Notes: a model not told the origin generated them from the letters alone. Counted from the first letter of the stretch, positions 50,352-61,496 are shown. The stretch: 64,000 bases of DNA from Candidatus Bathyarchaeia archaeon (GCA_050010515.1 JBEKKX010000022.1:1-64000); one strand, 5' to 3'. Made by a program: numbers and translations.

Positions 50352-51008
50352 ATGTTTGAAGCGGTTATTTTGGACTGGGACGGAACCCTAGCTGACACGC
50401 GGCAAGCAATCGTTATCGCGTTTCAAAAAGCATTAAGCGAAATAAACTGCAAAGTTAGCGACGAGTATATTGAACGCCGTATCGGAATTGGTGCAGCAGA
50501 CACCTTCCGGGATATATTGCGGTCGGCTAAAATGCAGTTTGACGAGAAATTAATCCAGCGCTTAGTCGAGCGCAAGAGCCAACTTGAAATCGAGCTAACA
50601 GACCGAGTGAAACTGTTTCTGGGCGCCAGAGAACTTCTTGAAGCGTTACATGGCAAAGTGAAAATGGGTTTGGCATCGATGAATAACCGCTCAGTAGTCA
50701 TCCACTTGCTCAAAGCAAAAGACCTAGAAAAATACTTTGACACAGTTCTTACGGCTGAGTCAATTTCACATTCAAAACCAAACCCAGAAATTTTCTTAAA
50801 AGCTGCATCTAAACTGAAAGCAAGCCCTGAAAAATGCGTAGTTGTCGAGGATTCGATTTTCGGTGTCAAAGCCGCAAAATTAGCAAACATGGGCTGTGTT
50901 GCCGTTGTAACAGGTGTTTATTCTCGGCTGGAACTGGAAAAAGAAAAGCCTGATTTGATCGTTAAAACGTTAAAAGATAAGCAAATCATTCCTTTTATTC
51001 TGCAGTAA
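50352..51008 (+). CDS. HAD family phosphatase
   Basis: DWDGTL, KPNP, EDS..G. Confidence 0.9.
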   Translation: MFEAVILDWDGTLADTRQAIVIAFQKALSEINCKVSDEYIERRIGIGAADTFRDILRSAKMQFDEKLIQRLVERKSQLEIELTDRVKLFLGARELLEALHGKVKMGLASMNNRSVVIHLLKAKDLEKYFDTVLTAESISHSKPNPEIFLKAASKLKASPEKCVVVEDSIFGVKAAKLANMGCVAVVTGVYSRLELEKEKPDLIVKTLKDKQIIPFILQ

Positions 51009-51086
51009 TATAACCTTGTAGTAGTCTGTTGACAACCACATAGCTTTAAGAATTCTTGAAATTAAATATAAATTACTCTCAAAACT

Positions 51087-51377
51087 GTGGGAAGGGAAAT
51101 ATTCTTGAGTAATCTTATTTCAAACAAAAAAACCAGGATTCCACTATTCCAAGTTCTGCTGCTAGACAATGATAGTAGCGAAGACGTTGAGGTGCAAGAG
51201 TCGAAACAGGTGGATTTTTTCCAAGTCAAAGAACACCTGAAAAACGGCGGATCAGTCTTCATCACAAGTAAAGACTCGCAAAAACTAGTTCACCCCAAAG
51301 CCAAAGCCCAGCTAAACTATAGCAAATCAAGAAAAAACTACGGAGCCCTCTTCCGACAGCACCTGAGAAGCCCATAA
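51087..51377 (+). CDS. hypothetical protein
   Basis: ORF downstream of a TATA-like tract. Confidence 0.55.
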   Translation: MGREIFLSNLISNKKTRIPLFQVLLLDNDSSEDVEVQESKQVDFFQVKEHLKNGGSVFITSKDSQKLVHPKAKAQLNYSKSRKNYGALFRQHLRSP

Positions 51378-51599
51378 ACGTGCGACGTGCATCCAGATAA
51401 GATTCCCTTTACTCCTCTCTCTCTTCCATAAATTTTTTTGGATGCACGCCACTCCCAGTTATCATTAATTTGTGAGTGATGGTTCCTAAATTAACTATAG
51501 ACCGGGTCATTTCAGCTAGCGAAAAAAGCACGATACTTAAAGTTACCGACCAAGACGCACCATGCTATTTTAGGTCGATTCCAAAACTTAAATAATGTT

Positions 51600-51950
51600 T
51601 TGACTGATATTCGTTTGAGGTGGCAAACGTTGGTTGTTTGTCCAAGGTGCGGTAGCAACATTCAAGATAGAAAGTTGTTGTTCCTTACTAACCGAAACGC
51701 AATTACCTGCCAAGTGTGTTCTTTAAGACTTCGAGTTAAGAACAAGAACGTTAACAGTGCTATCGGTGGCGCTGGGGGTGGATTGGGAGGAGTACTCGCG
51801 TACTTTCTTATCATTTTATGTTTTCTGACGGGCAACATAGTGTATTTGGTACTCCTAGTACCATTGTTTGCAGCACTTTTCTTGGTTACTTCTCTTTTGG
51901 TAATAAAATACGTAAAAGTCGAATTGGAAACACCCCAAATAAGTCCGTGA
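51600..51950 (+). CDS. Zn-finger membrane protein
   Basis: CPRC...CQVC plus 2 TM segments. Confidence 0.6.
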   Translation: MTDIRLRWQTLVVCPRCGSNIQDRKLLFLTNRNAITCQVCSLRLRVKNKNVNSAIGGAGGGLGGVLAYFLIILCFLTGNIVYLVLLVPLFAALFLVTSLLVIKYVKVELETPQISP

Positions 51951-52031
51951 AGACCTTCAAGCAACCTGACGATCCAGTTGACGTTAATCTTGCCTTATTG
52001 GGTCCTAATATAAGATGTAAACGATAAGCGC

Positions 52032-53117
52032 CTATTCTTTCCGCCTCAATGCTTGTGGAATATAAGCGCATCGTGGGTCTGAACCGAAAATGTCTCCCGT
52101 GTAAAACAACGCTGAAGACCGGCAGCCACCGCAAATCTCACGGTACTCACAAACGCCACATTTGCCTTTTATGTTCTTTTTATCTTTCACTTGGGTGAAG
52201 AACGGGGAATTTTGCATTTCAGCCCAGATTTCCTTAAGCGACTTCTCCTTAATGTTTCCAATCCTGTAAGCGTCGTTGTAACTGCAGGGTATAGCGTCGC
52301 CGTTTTCCGCAATACTCATGAATTTGCCGAAGAAGCATCTGCCTAAGAAGAAGTTGTTGTACCAGTTGTCAAAATCAGGCATCCCTCGCTGCTTTGCAAC
52401 TCGCGCATAGAAGGGAATGTACACGTTAATTCCAGGTTTCCCTTTATACTCTAATGTCAAATCGTAGAGTTTGTTGCAAACCCATTCATACTGCTGCGGT
52501 TTGAGGTCAGCTTTAAGGCTGCTTTTGTCTTTGCTGTAGGGGATAAAACCGTGAAAAACCACCCAGCGGGCATCATATTTGCGTGCTAAATCAAGCACGT
52601 GACGCATATCTTCCTCGTTGGCGTTTGTCACAGAGTCGCCAGCGTTGGCAAAGGTGTATACTAGGCAGTTTAACAGTTTCTCACGTGAAAACTTCTCTAT
52701 CGCTGAAACCGCGGCTGCATAAGCGCCTTTGCCGCGAATAGCATCATTTGTTTTCTCTGCGCCGTCGATGCTTACAGAAATTTTAACTTCGTTTTTAACA
52801 ATGTTTTCAAAGGCTGTCTGGTCCATTAAGCGCCCATCAATTATGATGCTTACGTTCAAACCAAGCTTTCTAGCATAACTTATGACTTCGAAAAGATCCT
52901 TTCGCAGAAACGGTTGCCCACCAGTGATTCCGAAGAAGCTGGCGCCAAAATCGTAAACTTCATCAACAATTTTCATGGCGCCTGCAGTATCGAGTTCATC
53001 TGCAACAGCGGGTTTGCCTGCAGAAGTACAATGTACACAATTGCTGTCGCATGCGAAAGTGCATCGCCAAGGAACAATGAACAAGGGACCCTTACTCTTC
53101 AACCTTACTTTCTCCAT
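52032..53117 (-). CDS. radical SAM/SPASM protein (AhbD/PqqE-like)
   Basis: CDSNCVHC; SPASM C..CEYREICGGCR..DP.C. Confidence 0.9.
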   Translation of the reverse strand: MEKVRLKSKGPLFIVPWRCTFACDSNCVHCTSAGKPAVADELDTAGAMKIVDEVYDFGASFFGITGGQPFLRKDLFEVISYARKLGLNVSIIIDGRLMDQTAFENIVKNEVKISVSIDGAEKTNDAIRGKGAYAAAVSAIEKFSREKLLNCLVYTFANAGDSVTNANEEDMRHVLDLARKYDARWVVFHGFIPYSKDKSSLKADLKPQQYEWVCNKLYDLTLEYKGKPGINVYIPFYARVAKQRGMPDFDNWYNNFFLGRCFFGKFMSIAENGDAIPCSYNDAYRIGNIKEKSLKEIWAEMQNSPFFTQVKDKKNIKGKCGVCEYREICGGCRSSALFYTGDIFGSDPRCAYIPQALRRKE

Positions 53118-53286
53118 GGATATGTGTGCTAATCCAAAGCGAATATGCTATTTAACGCTTCACATTTTTTTATGATTTTTTTAAGTTTAATTAAATGATT
53201 AGGAATTAAGCAGGCTATATCCAACACTGCTTTGTTCCAAAAGAGTTATTACTTTAATTAAAGCTGATAATAATTGGGGAAGGAGA

Positions 53287-53460
53287 ATGAGTGAGGAGAA
53301 GCTAGTTGATACCAGCCAGCTTAATTGTGATCATGAAAATCAAAGATTGTATACGGACAGATGCTTTGATATACTTAATGGTTTCGAGTTGACTTTTACT
53401 CGCTGCATCAACTGCCACAAAATTGTCAGCTTAGAAGCCAAGAAATTTTCCAGTCAATAA
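53287..53460 (+). CDS. 57-aa Zn-finger-like protein (below the ORF-track cutoff)
   Basis: MSEEKL..CDH..RCINCHK; AGGAG SD. Confidence 0.55.
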   Translation: MSEEKLVDTSQLNCDHENQRLYTDRCFDILNGFELTFTRCINCHKIVSLEAKKFSSQ

Positions 53461-53472
53461 ACTCCCGCGTGC

Positions 53473-53880
53473 CTACCGTTTTTTGGCGTAAAGATAAAGC
53501 GGTCCCTGTTTTAGCAGATCCAAAACCCGTTGCGTTTGACCAGTTGATAGCTTGCATGTTTTTGGGTCGGTTAGGAACGGAAGCTCTTCAGGCGCGTTTT
53601 GAATAATGTGAAGATCTTCCCATGTTACTTTGATGTCATCGTAGGGGTATTGGTGTTCTTCATTTTCAACCCATGCGCCTGCATCCAATTCGTCGCCTTC
53701 AGGCAACGCGGTGAAAGGCCCAACCAAACTCTTGTCATCTGTGTTATAGAGAAAGATTACGGTACCTGCCTTAATTTCATCCAAAGACTTGGATTCTTTT
53801 TCCGCGCAAGTATAACGCTTCTTACTTAAACACTGTTGCTGCGACACATTATTGCAAAAAAGCACATATCCATCATACAT
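53473..53880 (-). CDS. DCD/EVE (PUA-like) domain protein
   Basis: GYVLFCNN..C, IKAG.VIFLYN..L.GPF.A. Confidence 0.6.
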   Translation of the reverse strand: MYDGYVLFCNNVSQQQCLSKKRYTCAEKESKSLDEIKAGTVIFLYNTDDKSLVGPFTALPEGDELDAGAWVENEEHQYPYDDIKVTWEDLHIIQNAPEELPFLTDPKTCKLSTGQTQRVLDLLKQGPLYLYAKKR

Positions 53881-54186
53881 ATTTAATAAGCCTACCTTCT
53901 AGTAATTTGAAGCCTCTGGGCGCTTATTTCCTTTTCTTTTTTATCAATTGAGCCTTTGTCAACTTACCGCTACTTCTAGCATCCCCAGCACAGCAGTTTC
54001 TGAAAGTTACATATATCCCATCGGAGTGGTAGCTGCTGCCGCCTTTATTGGAGCCATATTATTAATAACGTTTCAGTTTAGGAAACAACAATCCACAGAA
54101 TCTAGACGATTTTAATTGAATAATGCAATAGCAAAGAAGATTTAGAAAATTATTTAAAGCTATATTCGATTGCTAACTCGTATTAG

Positions 54187-55581
54187 GTGGAATACGCTTT
54201 CAAGGCTCTTTCAGTAGCAAAATTCGGCGGCAGCCTCTTAGATGTGGAAGGCAAAGGAATCCCTAAAATCATCAAACAAATAAAAGCAAGCAGCAAAAAA
54301 GACGGTTTTGGCCCAATCATTGTTTTTTCAGCGCCCATGGGCTGTACCGACGCGCTTATACGGATAGGTGAATCTTACGCGCAAGCGTGCCCGCTTCCTC
54401 TTGAACCTGTTTTTGAAGTTTATGAACGGCTAGCGAAGGCTCACGTTAAAGGAAAATGGCATAAACAAGCAGTAAATGAGTTGGCTAATTACAAGGCGTT
54501 AACGCAGGCTACTCTTGACTCCGTTAATAAACGCTTCAGCGGCAACATTAAAGCCAGAATCCTAACTTTAGGCGGAGAACTCGCCATGTCCACATTAGCA
54601 GATTACATTTTAAAAAGCAACGGTTTAGACTCTTGCTGTGTCTCGCTGGAAGATTGGCCCATTGTAACTGACGACAACTTTGAGGATGCAATTCCTAATT
54701 ACGAGTTAAGCAAAAAAAGAATCCACACTTTAATCGAACCGCTGGAGGACGGCAAAATAGTTTCTTTAGCAGGCTTCTTAGGCGTTACAGCCGACGGTCT
54801 TGAAACCATATTGGGCAGAGGCGGTTCAGATTTAACGGCAGTTTTCACTTCCTGCCTCTTGAAAGACCTGTACGATACTGAAACATTATTGTACAAAGAT
54901 GTACCAGTTCAAAGCGCTGACCCGAAAGTAGTGCGTGGACAGAAGACTGAGCATGTTAAGGCGCTTACTTATAATGAGGCTCATAAAGCTTCAATGATGG
55001 GTATGAAAATAGTGCAGAGCCCAGCAATTGCCATGGCTAGGCGCTTTACACAACCTTTAATGGTGGTCCCGATTGATGAGCCTGAAATGTTCACGGTAAT
55101 TGAGGCAGAAACAAGCGGTGGAGAGATAGTGAAGTGTTTAACAGGCAAATCGGGCTGCGCAATCCTATCAATGAATGATGAGAAAAGCAGGTCGCTGGAA
55201 GATTCCCTAAGAATATGGGAAAAAAGAAATGACTTCATGGATTTAGGCGCCGAAACCATGGAGACAGGGGAGCGGATTCGCGATTTCCTCTTTTTAGACT
55301 CAGATTTCCTAAAGAAAAACGAGGAAAAACTTAAGGGCTTTGACGAAAACATGAAAATAGAATACGGCTTAGGCGTAGTCACTCTCATCGGCGACAGAAT
55401 GAAGGATTCTCCAGGCGTTGCTTCATTGGCTATTAGCGCTATTTCAGGAATTAACATTAAACGCGGCATCTTTGCACCGCACACATCACAAATAATAATA
55501 GTGGTCGAGGAAAAGAACGTTAACGCCACCGTTGCAGCTATCCACCTAAAGAAACAAGAAATGAACAAACAATCCCGTTAA
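54187..55581 (+). CDS. lysC: aspartate kinase
   Basis: KFGGS, LGRGGSDLTA, KDV...ADP, ACT-like C-terminus. Confidence 0.88.
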   Translation: MEYAFKALSVAKFGGSLLDVEGKGIPKIIKQIKASSKKDGFGPIIVFSAPMGCTDALIRIGESYAQACPLPLEPVFEVYERLAKAHVKGKWHKQAVNELANYKALTQATLDSVNKRFSGNIKARILTLGGELAMSTLADYILKSNGLDSCCVSLEDWPIVTDDNFEDAIPNYELSKKRIHTLIEPLEDGKIVSLAGFLGVTADGLETILGRGGSDLTAVFTSCLLKDLYDTETLLYKDVPVQSADPKVVRGQKTEHVKALTYNEAHKASMMGMKIVQSPAIAMARRFTQPLMVVPIDEPEMFTVIEAETSGGEIVKCLTGKSGCAILSMNDEKSRSLEDSLRIWEKRNDFMDLGAETMETGERIRDFLFLDSDFLKKNEEKLKGFDENMKIEYGLGVVTLIGDRMKDSPGVASLAISAISGINIKRGIFAPHTSQIIIVVEEKNVNATVAAIHLKKQEMNKQSR

Positions 55582-55895
55582 CAGCAAAGAATCCATAATT
55601 TTTTTCTATGTTATTACAAAATTAGCTCATGCCCAAAAATTTTTGAGACTAAACAGTTTTTTCACCGCGTTAACGTTAACATCATTGTTAAAATAACAAA
55701 ACACCCGTTTTACATGATGCCGCTTGATTTTTTCTGCCCAGTCTTTAAGCTCATAAGGTTTTCATTTCTAAAGCGCCTCAGAAAACACTCGGAAAACGTC
55801 CACAGCAAGCATTCTGCACCCAGAGTAAGGAGCCGGACTTGCCCAAACAGGTTCAAGTCCCAATGAAAACCGAACTACGGTAAAGCGATTTTTCG

Positions 55896-56459
55896 TTATT
55901 TGGTTTTTGATTTTTCTGAATTAAGGTATTGGGTCACGTGAGATGATGGATTTGAAGGTGCCGTATTATGAACAGCAGTGGTCTGGGTTTTGCTTTTGCG
56001 ATGCAGGACAAAGATTATCAGAAGGCTTCCGAATACGGCGATAATTACTGTTATCAGCACGTAGCTTTGGGATGTTCCTGTTGAATTGTTGCTGCCTGGG
56101 ATCTCTGGGTTTGTCACATACGAGAATGTCACATCAATCGAGTTGGACAGGTCGTTCTCGAAATTCAGCGTGTAGGTTCCGTTTTGCTGCGCGACGAAAC
56201 TGAATGTCGTGGTTTTATCGATTATGCCTAAGTTAACAATTTCAGCGTAGTTGGGATCGCTCACCCAAAACTGAACACTGCCGGTGGTAGAGATTGTGCC
56301 GTTAAATGTGGTTCCTTGAGGTAGCACATACTGTAATTGGTTTGATGATGCGGAAAGAGTGAAGGTTGGAACTGTAGTGGCAAACGCTGAAACAGCCATC
56401 AATGACGCTAACAGCAGAACTGCCGATGCGGTAGACATTAGTAATTTGGTTTTTTTCAT
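55896..56459 (-). CDS. exported membrane-anchored protein (GOLD-like)
   Basis: Signal peptide, F.A...GTY.L.F.N, C-terminal TM. Confidence 0.65.
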   Translation of the reverse strand: MKKTKLLMSTASAVLLLASLMAVSAFATTVPTFTLSASSNQLQYVLPQGTTFNGTISTTGSVQFWVSDPNYAEIVNLGIIDKTTTFSFVAQQNGTYTLNFENDLSNSIDVTFSYVTNPEIPGSNNSTGTSQSYVLITVIIAVFGSLLIIFVLHRKSKTQTTAVHNTAPSNPSSHVTQYLNSEKSKTK

Positions 56460-56574
56460 TTTCCCAACCGACAGATGCTTTAGAGAAGTTAAGACAGGGC
56501 TTAATAAAAATCGCGTTGAAAAAGAGAAAAAATAACTTGGCTGAGCCATAAATGTGAGTTGGACACTTTGAAAG

Positions 56575-56649
56575 TGGACCGGGCGGGATTTGAACCCGCG
56601 GCTTCCGCGTTGCGAACGCGGCGATCATACCAGGCTGATCTACCGGCCC
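56575..56649 (-). tRNA. tRNA-Ala(CGC)
   Basis: G3-U70 pair; anticodon arm CCGCG-TTCGCAA-CGCGG. Confidence 0.95.
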
Positions 56650-56750
56650 GTTCAAGTGCTTTTCTGAAAAAATACCTTACGAGTACATTTAGAGTTTTCG
56701 GTTAACAAAGTCTTGGCCTAAAAGAAATGAGGCTATGGGTAGATTAAGGC

Positions 56751-56927
56751 TTATTCTTCGCCGTACCCGTGTTCTAGTCTGCCGTGAGTTTTGCGGTAAG
56801 AAAACTCGTGTTCTTCCTTCACGTTGCCGAAGCAGTTTATGTGTTTCTGCAGGTCTGCTTTAGTTAAGAATATGCAAGGGCAGTGAGGACACTTGTAATT
56901 TATGTTGTTGTTTGCTTCTTCCACCAT
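56751..56927 (-). CDS. 58-aa C2H2-like Zn-finger protein (below the ORF-track cutoff)
   Basis: YKCPHCPCIFLTKADLQKH. Confidence 0.6.
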   Translation of the reverse strand: MVEEANNNINYKCPHCPCIFLTKADLQKHINCFGNVKEEHEFSYRKTHGRLEHGYGEE

Positions 56928-56967
56928 ATTTTTCCCTTCATTTTACGGTTTTTAAGTTATACGTTTT

Positions 56968-59900
56968 CTAGTGAATGTTAAGGTATATTTTTTTGGCGTC
57001 TAACTCTGATTCGTGCCATTCTGCTTCAACTTCACTGCGACTGCCATGCAAATACACTTTCCTAGCTCTCACCAGTCCAGCCATCTCTTCCAGATACGGC
57101 TTCAGGAGCGTCATGCTTTCCGCATCCAACTCGGCAATGTGAACCGACTCTAAAACATCCGTCGGTACAAACCCCATCTCTTTGCGCAATGCTTGGACAC
57201 GACGCGCCAGATCTCGCATTATGCCTTCGCCCAGTAGGGTTTCGTCTCGTTGCCCGCTTACGAATACGGTTATGTCGCCTTCTTGACTGGAAACCCAGTT
57301 CTCGCCTCCAACGTACTCCGGAACCTGCACTGCGTATTCTGCGGCTTTCACGTTTGTAAGCTCCAAGAACAATGCCTCAAGACACTTTAATGCTGCTAGT
57401 GTTTTTTGTGGCGCAACCACGATTGCTTTACTAAGTGGCCACCTTCGCTTCAGCTTCCCCTGTTGCCTGGCAGCGTAAGCTATTGACACGGTTTTAAGCA
57501 GAACTTCAAATTGCTCTTCAAGGGCTTTGTCACGCATTTTCTGGTTTGGCACAGGCCAAGCAGCGAAATTGACCGATTCGGGCAGTTCCGGTTCAAGTTG
57601 CCTGTAAACTTTCTGGTACAATACCTCGCTCAGGTAAGGCGTGACTGGGTTGAAGAGCAACGTTACCGTCTTCAGCGTATGATGCAGCAGCGCATAGATG
57701 GTTTGGCGTCTCTCAAGCGTTTCAGGCTCATCAGACCAAAGTTCCTTTCGAATCATAGGCACGTAAAGCCTGCTCAGTGTTTCAATTACGAAATCATCCA
57801 AAACGGCTACGGCAACGTTGAATTCGCACCTTTCAAGCTTGTTGGTGTAGTCTTCAATTTTCTCTTGCAGCTTAGACAACAGCCACAAGTCAGCTGCCTC
57901 AAGCTTATTTGCCTCAAAAGCCCAAGCTAACGTGTACTTGCCTGGATCGAACTCGTCGAAAGCTGCGTTTTGCATAAAGAACCTGCTTAAATGATACAGC
58001 GTCGACAGAACTTGGTATGGACGACGGTTTAGTTCTTGCATGTCAAAATTCATAAAATCAATCGGCGAGCATTTACGCGTCATATAAAAGCGGCACAGGT
58101 CAGCCGAGTTCTTCTCCAACAGCTTGTTGGTTTCAACCACGTTGCCTAAGCTTTTACTCATTTTTCTGCCTTTCGCATCCTGCGTTAAACCTTGAAACAG
58201 AAATGACTTGTATGGGGCAACTGGTTCTCCAGTTAAAACAACGTATTCAAGCAGCAACGAGTTCGCCCAGCCTCTCGTTTGGTCAATGCCTTCAGTTAAG
58301 AAGGCTGTTGGCACAAACTTCTCAACTTCTTCGTCGGTAAAGCGTGCGTACGGTGAAGCGCCACTATTGTGCCAAGTGTCCAACACGAAGTCTTCTCGGC
58401 GCATGCTTCCGCCGCATTTTTCGCATTTAAATGTGATTCGGTCAACCCACGGCTTGTGCAACTCAAAGTTTTCAGGAATTGGTTCTTGCGAGTTTTCGAT
58501 TAGTTCTTTTTTGCTTCCGACTATGCGCTTGTTGCCGCATTTTTCGCACGCCCAAATTGGCAGTGGTGTGCCCCAGATGCGTTCTCGGCTTATGCACCAT
58601 GGTTTTCCTTCTTTCAGAAAACCTAAAAACCGGTTCTTCGGTTCCTCAAAAAAGTATTCAACTTTCTCAGCAGCTTCCAACACTTTGCTGTTTAACTTGT
58701 CTGTGCGTAAAAAATATTCTTTTCTTGCAAGCCAAACTAGCTTGTGGTGAGAACGCCAGCAAGTTGGGTACTCATGTTTCACCTTTGCAACTTTGACGAA
58801 AGCGTTCTGGTTGCGGAGTTCTTCAACAACCAAGTAATCAGCTTCACGAGCAAAAACACTGGCGAACATTCCTGCGTCTTTGGTGAATTTTACATCATCG
58901 TCGAATGGAGCGAAGATGGGGACGCCTCTGCGTTGGGCTGCCCAAAAATCGTCTTCACCGTTTCCAGGCGAAAGATGCACAACTCCTGTGGCAGTGTTAA
59001 CGTCAACGAAGTCTTCGCCTATAACCTTATGCACCAACGGATGCTGAGTTTCAAGCTCCGCTTGTTTAGGAATTAAGTCTTTTAATGGGTAGTCGTAGGC
59101 TGTGCCTTCCAAGCTTTTACCCAACATTTGTTCGGTGACTTGATACTTAATTATATCGAGTTCCTGCATGACTGGCTCGACGCGTTGCTTCACCATTATC
59201 CAAGTTTCTTCGCCGACTTTCACCTTCACGTATTCAGCGTTTGGCTGAACCGCGAGCATGGTGTCGGTTATTATTGTGAAGGGCATTGTTGTCCAAACAA
59301 GGAAAAACTCGTTTTTGCTGCCAGAGACTTTGAATTTAAAGTATAATGATGGATCCTCCACTTCTTTGTAGCTGCCTTCGTAACCAACTTCTGCGCTGCT
59401 CAGTGAGGTTTGGCATCCTGGGCAGTAAGCGACTACGTAGTGTCCTTCTTCGAGGAGGTTTTGTTCCCATGCCCGTTTTAGGATTTGCCATTCACGTTCG
59501 ATGTAGCTGTCTTTGTAGGTCCAGTAAGCTTTCTCCTGATTGATGAAAACGCCGAGGTTTGTGTCGGCTTCAAGCCACATCGCATGATAGCGCATGATGG
59601 CTTTTTTGCATTCCTCGATGAAGCGTTCTTGACCAACATATTCGAGGAGTTCACGTTTGTTTTTGACGCCGAGGAGTTTTTCAACTTCCAGTTCCACTGG
59701 CAAGCCTTGGCAGTCCCATCCAGCCCAAAAAGGCATGTAGTAGCCCTGCATGGTTTTCCATCGGTAACGAATATCCTTCATCACCCGACCACGAGCATGC
59801 CCAATATGCGGGATACCATTTAACGTGGGCGGTCCCTCCACGTAGCCTAAGATGCCTTTAGCGTCTTTTTCAATAAGCTCAAGTTTGGCTCGTATCTGAT

Positions 59901-60000
59901 TTTTCATCCAGAATTCGCGGATTTCCTTTTCAAGCTCAATCGGACTGTAATTTGTCGGCAAACCTTGGCTTGAATCAGCTTCTTTTGATAGGGCAGTCAC
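56968..60000 (-). CDS. ileS: isoleucyl-tRNA synthetase
   Basis: EGPP..NG.PHIGH, GWDCQGLPVE, WTTMP, EG.DQTRGW, KMSKS. Confidence 0.96.
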   Translation of the reverse strand: MTALSKEADSSQGLPTNYSPIELEKEIREFWMKNQIRAKLELIEKDAKGILGYVEGPPTLNGIPHIGHARGRVMKDIRYRWKTMQGYYMPFWAGWDCQGLPVELEVEKLLGVKNKRELLEYVGQERFIEECKKAIMRYHAMWLEADTNLGVFINQEKAYWTYKDSYIEREWQILKRAWEQNLLEEGHYVVAYCPGCQTSLSSAEVGYEGSYKEVEDPSLYFKFKVSGSKNEFFLVWTTMPFTIITDTMLAVQPNAEYVKVKVGEETWIMVKQRVEPVMQELDIIKYQVTEQMLGKSLEGTAYDYPLKDLIPKQAELETQHPLVHKVIGEDFVDVNTATGVVHLSPGNGEDDFWAAQRRGVPIFAPFDDDVKFTKDAGMFASVFAREADYLVVEELRNQNAFVKVAKVKHEYPTCWRSHHKLVWLARKEYFLRTDKLNSKVLEAAEKVEYFFEEPKNRFLGFLKEGKPWCISRERIWGTPLPIWACEKCGNKRIVGSKKELIENSQEPIPENFELHKPWVDRITFKCEKCGGSMRREDFVLDTWHNSGASPYARFTDEEVEKFVPTAFLTEGIDQTRGWANSLLLEYVVLTGEPVAPYKSFLFQGLTQDAKGRKMSKSLGNVVETNKLLEKNSADLCRFYMTRKCSPIDFMNFDMQELNRRPYQVLSTLYHLSRFFMQNAAFDEFDPGKYTLAWAFEANKLEAADLWLLSKLQEKIEDYTNKLERCEFNVAVAVLDDFVIETLSRLYVPMIRKELWSDEPETLERRQTIYALLHHTLKTVTLLFNPVTPYLSEVLYQKVYRQLEPELPESVNFAAWPVPNQKMRDKALEEQFEVLLKTVSIAYAARQQGKLKRRWPLSKAIVVAPQKTLAALKCLEALFLELTNVKAAEYAVQVPEYVGGENWVSSQEGDITVFVSGQRDETLLGEGIMRDLARRVQALRKEMGFVPTDVLESVHIAELDAESMTLLKPYLEEMAGLVRARKVYLHGSRSEVEAEWHESELDAKKIYLNIH

Positions 60001-60089
60001 TTTGCATTCCCGACCGCAAAATAGGCTAAAAGACTATATAAAAGTATTAAGCTACAGCAATTGGGTACACTTCAAAACATCGACCCTGT

Positions 60090-60905
60090 TCACGCTTTTA
60101 GCTTCTTCTTTAGTCTAAGCAGCAAGTCTGTTGTGGCAACTGCTGCGAAGACTATGGTTGCGGCTGCGACGGCGTAGAAGACGGAATAATTACCTGATGC
60201 GCCGATTGGGACGGGGGACTTTTCTGGTGATATTGCAGAAGCTGGAGAAGGCACTGGAAGCCACGCGTATTCAATGCTAACGTTTGAAGTTGCACCGTTA
60301 ACGATTATCCCTGCGCCGTTAACGATCATACCTCCATTGTCGCCTGTAACAGTCCAACTATTGTTATATGGGGCGTTTCTGCCGTCAATGAAAACGGCAT
60401 AAACATTTACAGGCCAAGTTTGCGTTCCGACTCCAATAGAAGTCTCATTGAATGCTCCGAATTGTATTTTGACGGTTTGGTTTCCTACTCCGTTAACGGT
60501 GTAGTTTAGCCAGCCTGAAGTTAGCCACTTTCCAGTGTTGTTGATGTCGCTTGAATCAGGAATTAACAATCGGTCAAAGCTGGTTATGGTTATGTTGGAG
60601 TTTTGCGCAGTTATGCTTAAGTTCCCGTTGTTTGGGCTGTCTGAGAGCGGGTCATCGTTGCTTGTCAGGTTTGAGGGGGTTAATTGAAGGTTGGTGAAAA
60701 ACCAAGTGTTGTTTACTAAGGTGGCAGTTTCATAAGAGCCGTTGTACGCAAAAGCTATGGTGCTGTTGTTTTCTGGAATTGCGAACGTGTCTGTCGGCAA
60801 AAAGTTTGTAGTGCTAGCTGCATGCACGGAAAGATAAGTCCAAGGTGAAAGTATAACAACTGTGCAGATTATTGCCATAGTTGTCAGGGTGATTTTCCTA
60901 TTCAT
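60090..60905 (-). CDS. exported membrane-anchored protein
   Basis: Signal peptide, Asn/Thr-rich body, C-terminal TM. Confidence 0.7.
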   Translation of the reverse strand: MNRKITLTTMAIICTVVILSPWTYLSVHAASTTNFLPTDTFAIPENNSTIAFAYNGSYETATLVNNTWFFTNLQLTPSNLTSNDDPLSDSPNNGNLSITAQNSNITITSFDRLLIPDSSDINNTGKWLTSGWLNYTVNGVGNQTVKIQFGAFNETSIGVGTQTWPVNVYAVFIDGRNAPYNNSWTVTGDNGGMIVNGAGIIVNGATSNVSIEYAWLPVPSPASAISPEKSPVPIGASGNYSVFYAVAAATIVFAAVATTDLLLRLKKKLKA

Positions 60906-61049
60906 TTTTTGTCAGTACTCCGTTTACTGCATGAAACTCAAACATGCAAGCAATACTTAATGCGATGCTTTAGAACAATCGTTCTTGCATTTAGAACGCG
61001 CTGTAACTGTTACCCTAGCTCGTTTTGGTTCTGGATGTATAAATAGATG

Positions 61050-61496
61050 CTAAAGAAAACAGAGAAAGCAAGAATTGCTATCAACCCGATAGTTAGTAAT
61101 GTTTTGTTCATTCGTTTCGCTCCAGTTCTTTCCTTTTAGGTCTCTTTCTGAGAACAACAACAAGACAGCGATGATTGCGACAACAATTGCAGATACGACG
61201 GATAACGCTGGTATAAGGTTAATCGATTCGCCTTTTGCGGAAGTAGGCGCTATCAAAGTCGTAGGCGCTGGCAAAGTTGGTCCTGTTGAGGGTGCAGTGG
61301 ACGGGATGGGCGCTGGAATTGATGTGGTTTGTGGCGTGGAAGACGATTGTGATACTTGTCCAGATGGAAAATAGTAGGTGGCTCCAACTAGCGAAAGCGC
61401 TAATGCGATAGCAAGAACTGACGCCAACAACATTTTCTTGATAAGCAAGCTCACTTTCTCAAACTCTTCCCAAATGGCTCTGAAATGTAAGGTCAT
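61050..61496 (-). CDS. small membrane protein with Pro/Thr linker
   Basis: Signal/TM, PT-rich linker, second TM; start uncertain. Confidence 0.55.
   Translation of the reverse strand: MTLHFRAIWEEFEKVSLLIKKMLLASVLAIALALSLVGATYYFPSGQVSQSSSTPQTTSIPAPIPSTAPSTGPTLPAPTTLIAPTSAKGESINLIPALSVVSAIVVAIIAVLLLFSERDLKGKNWSETNEQNITNYRVDSNSCFLCFL

Noticed and set aside
55820-55880. GGTTCAAGTCCC T-loop-like hairpin
   Set aside because: No acceptor, D or anticodon arms; not a tRNA.
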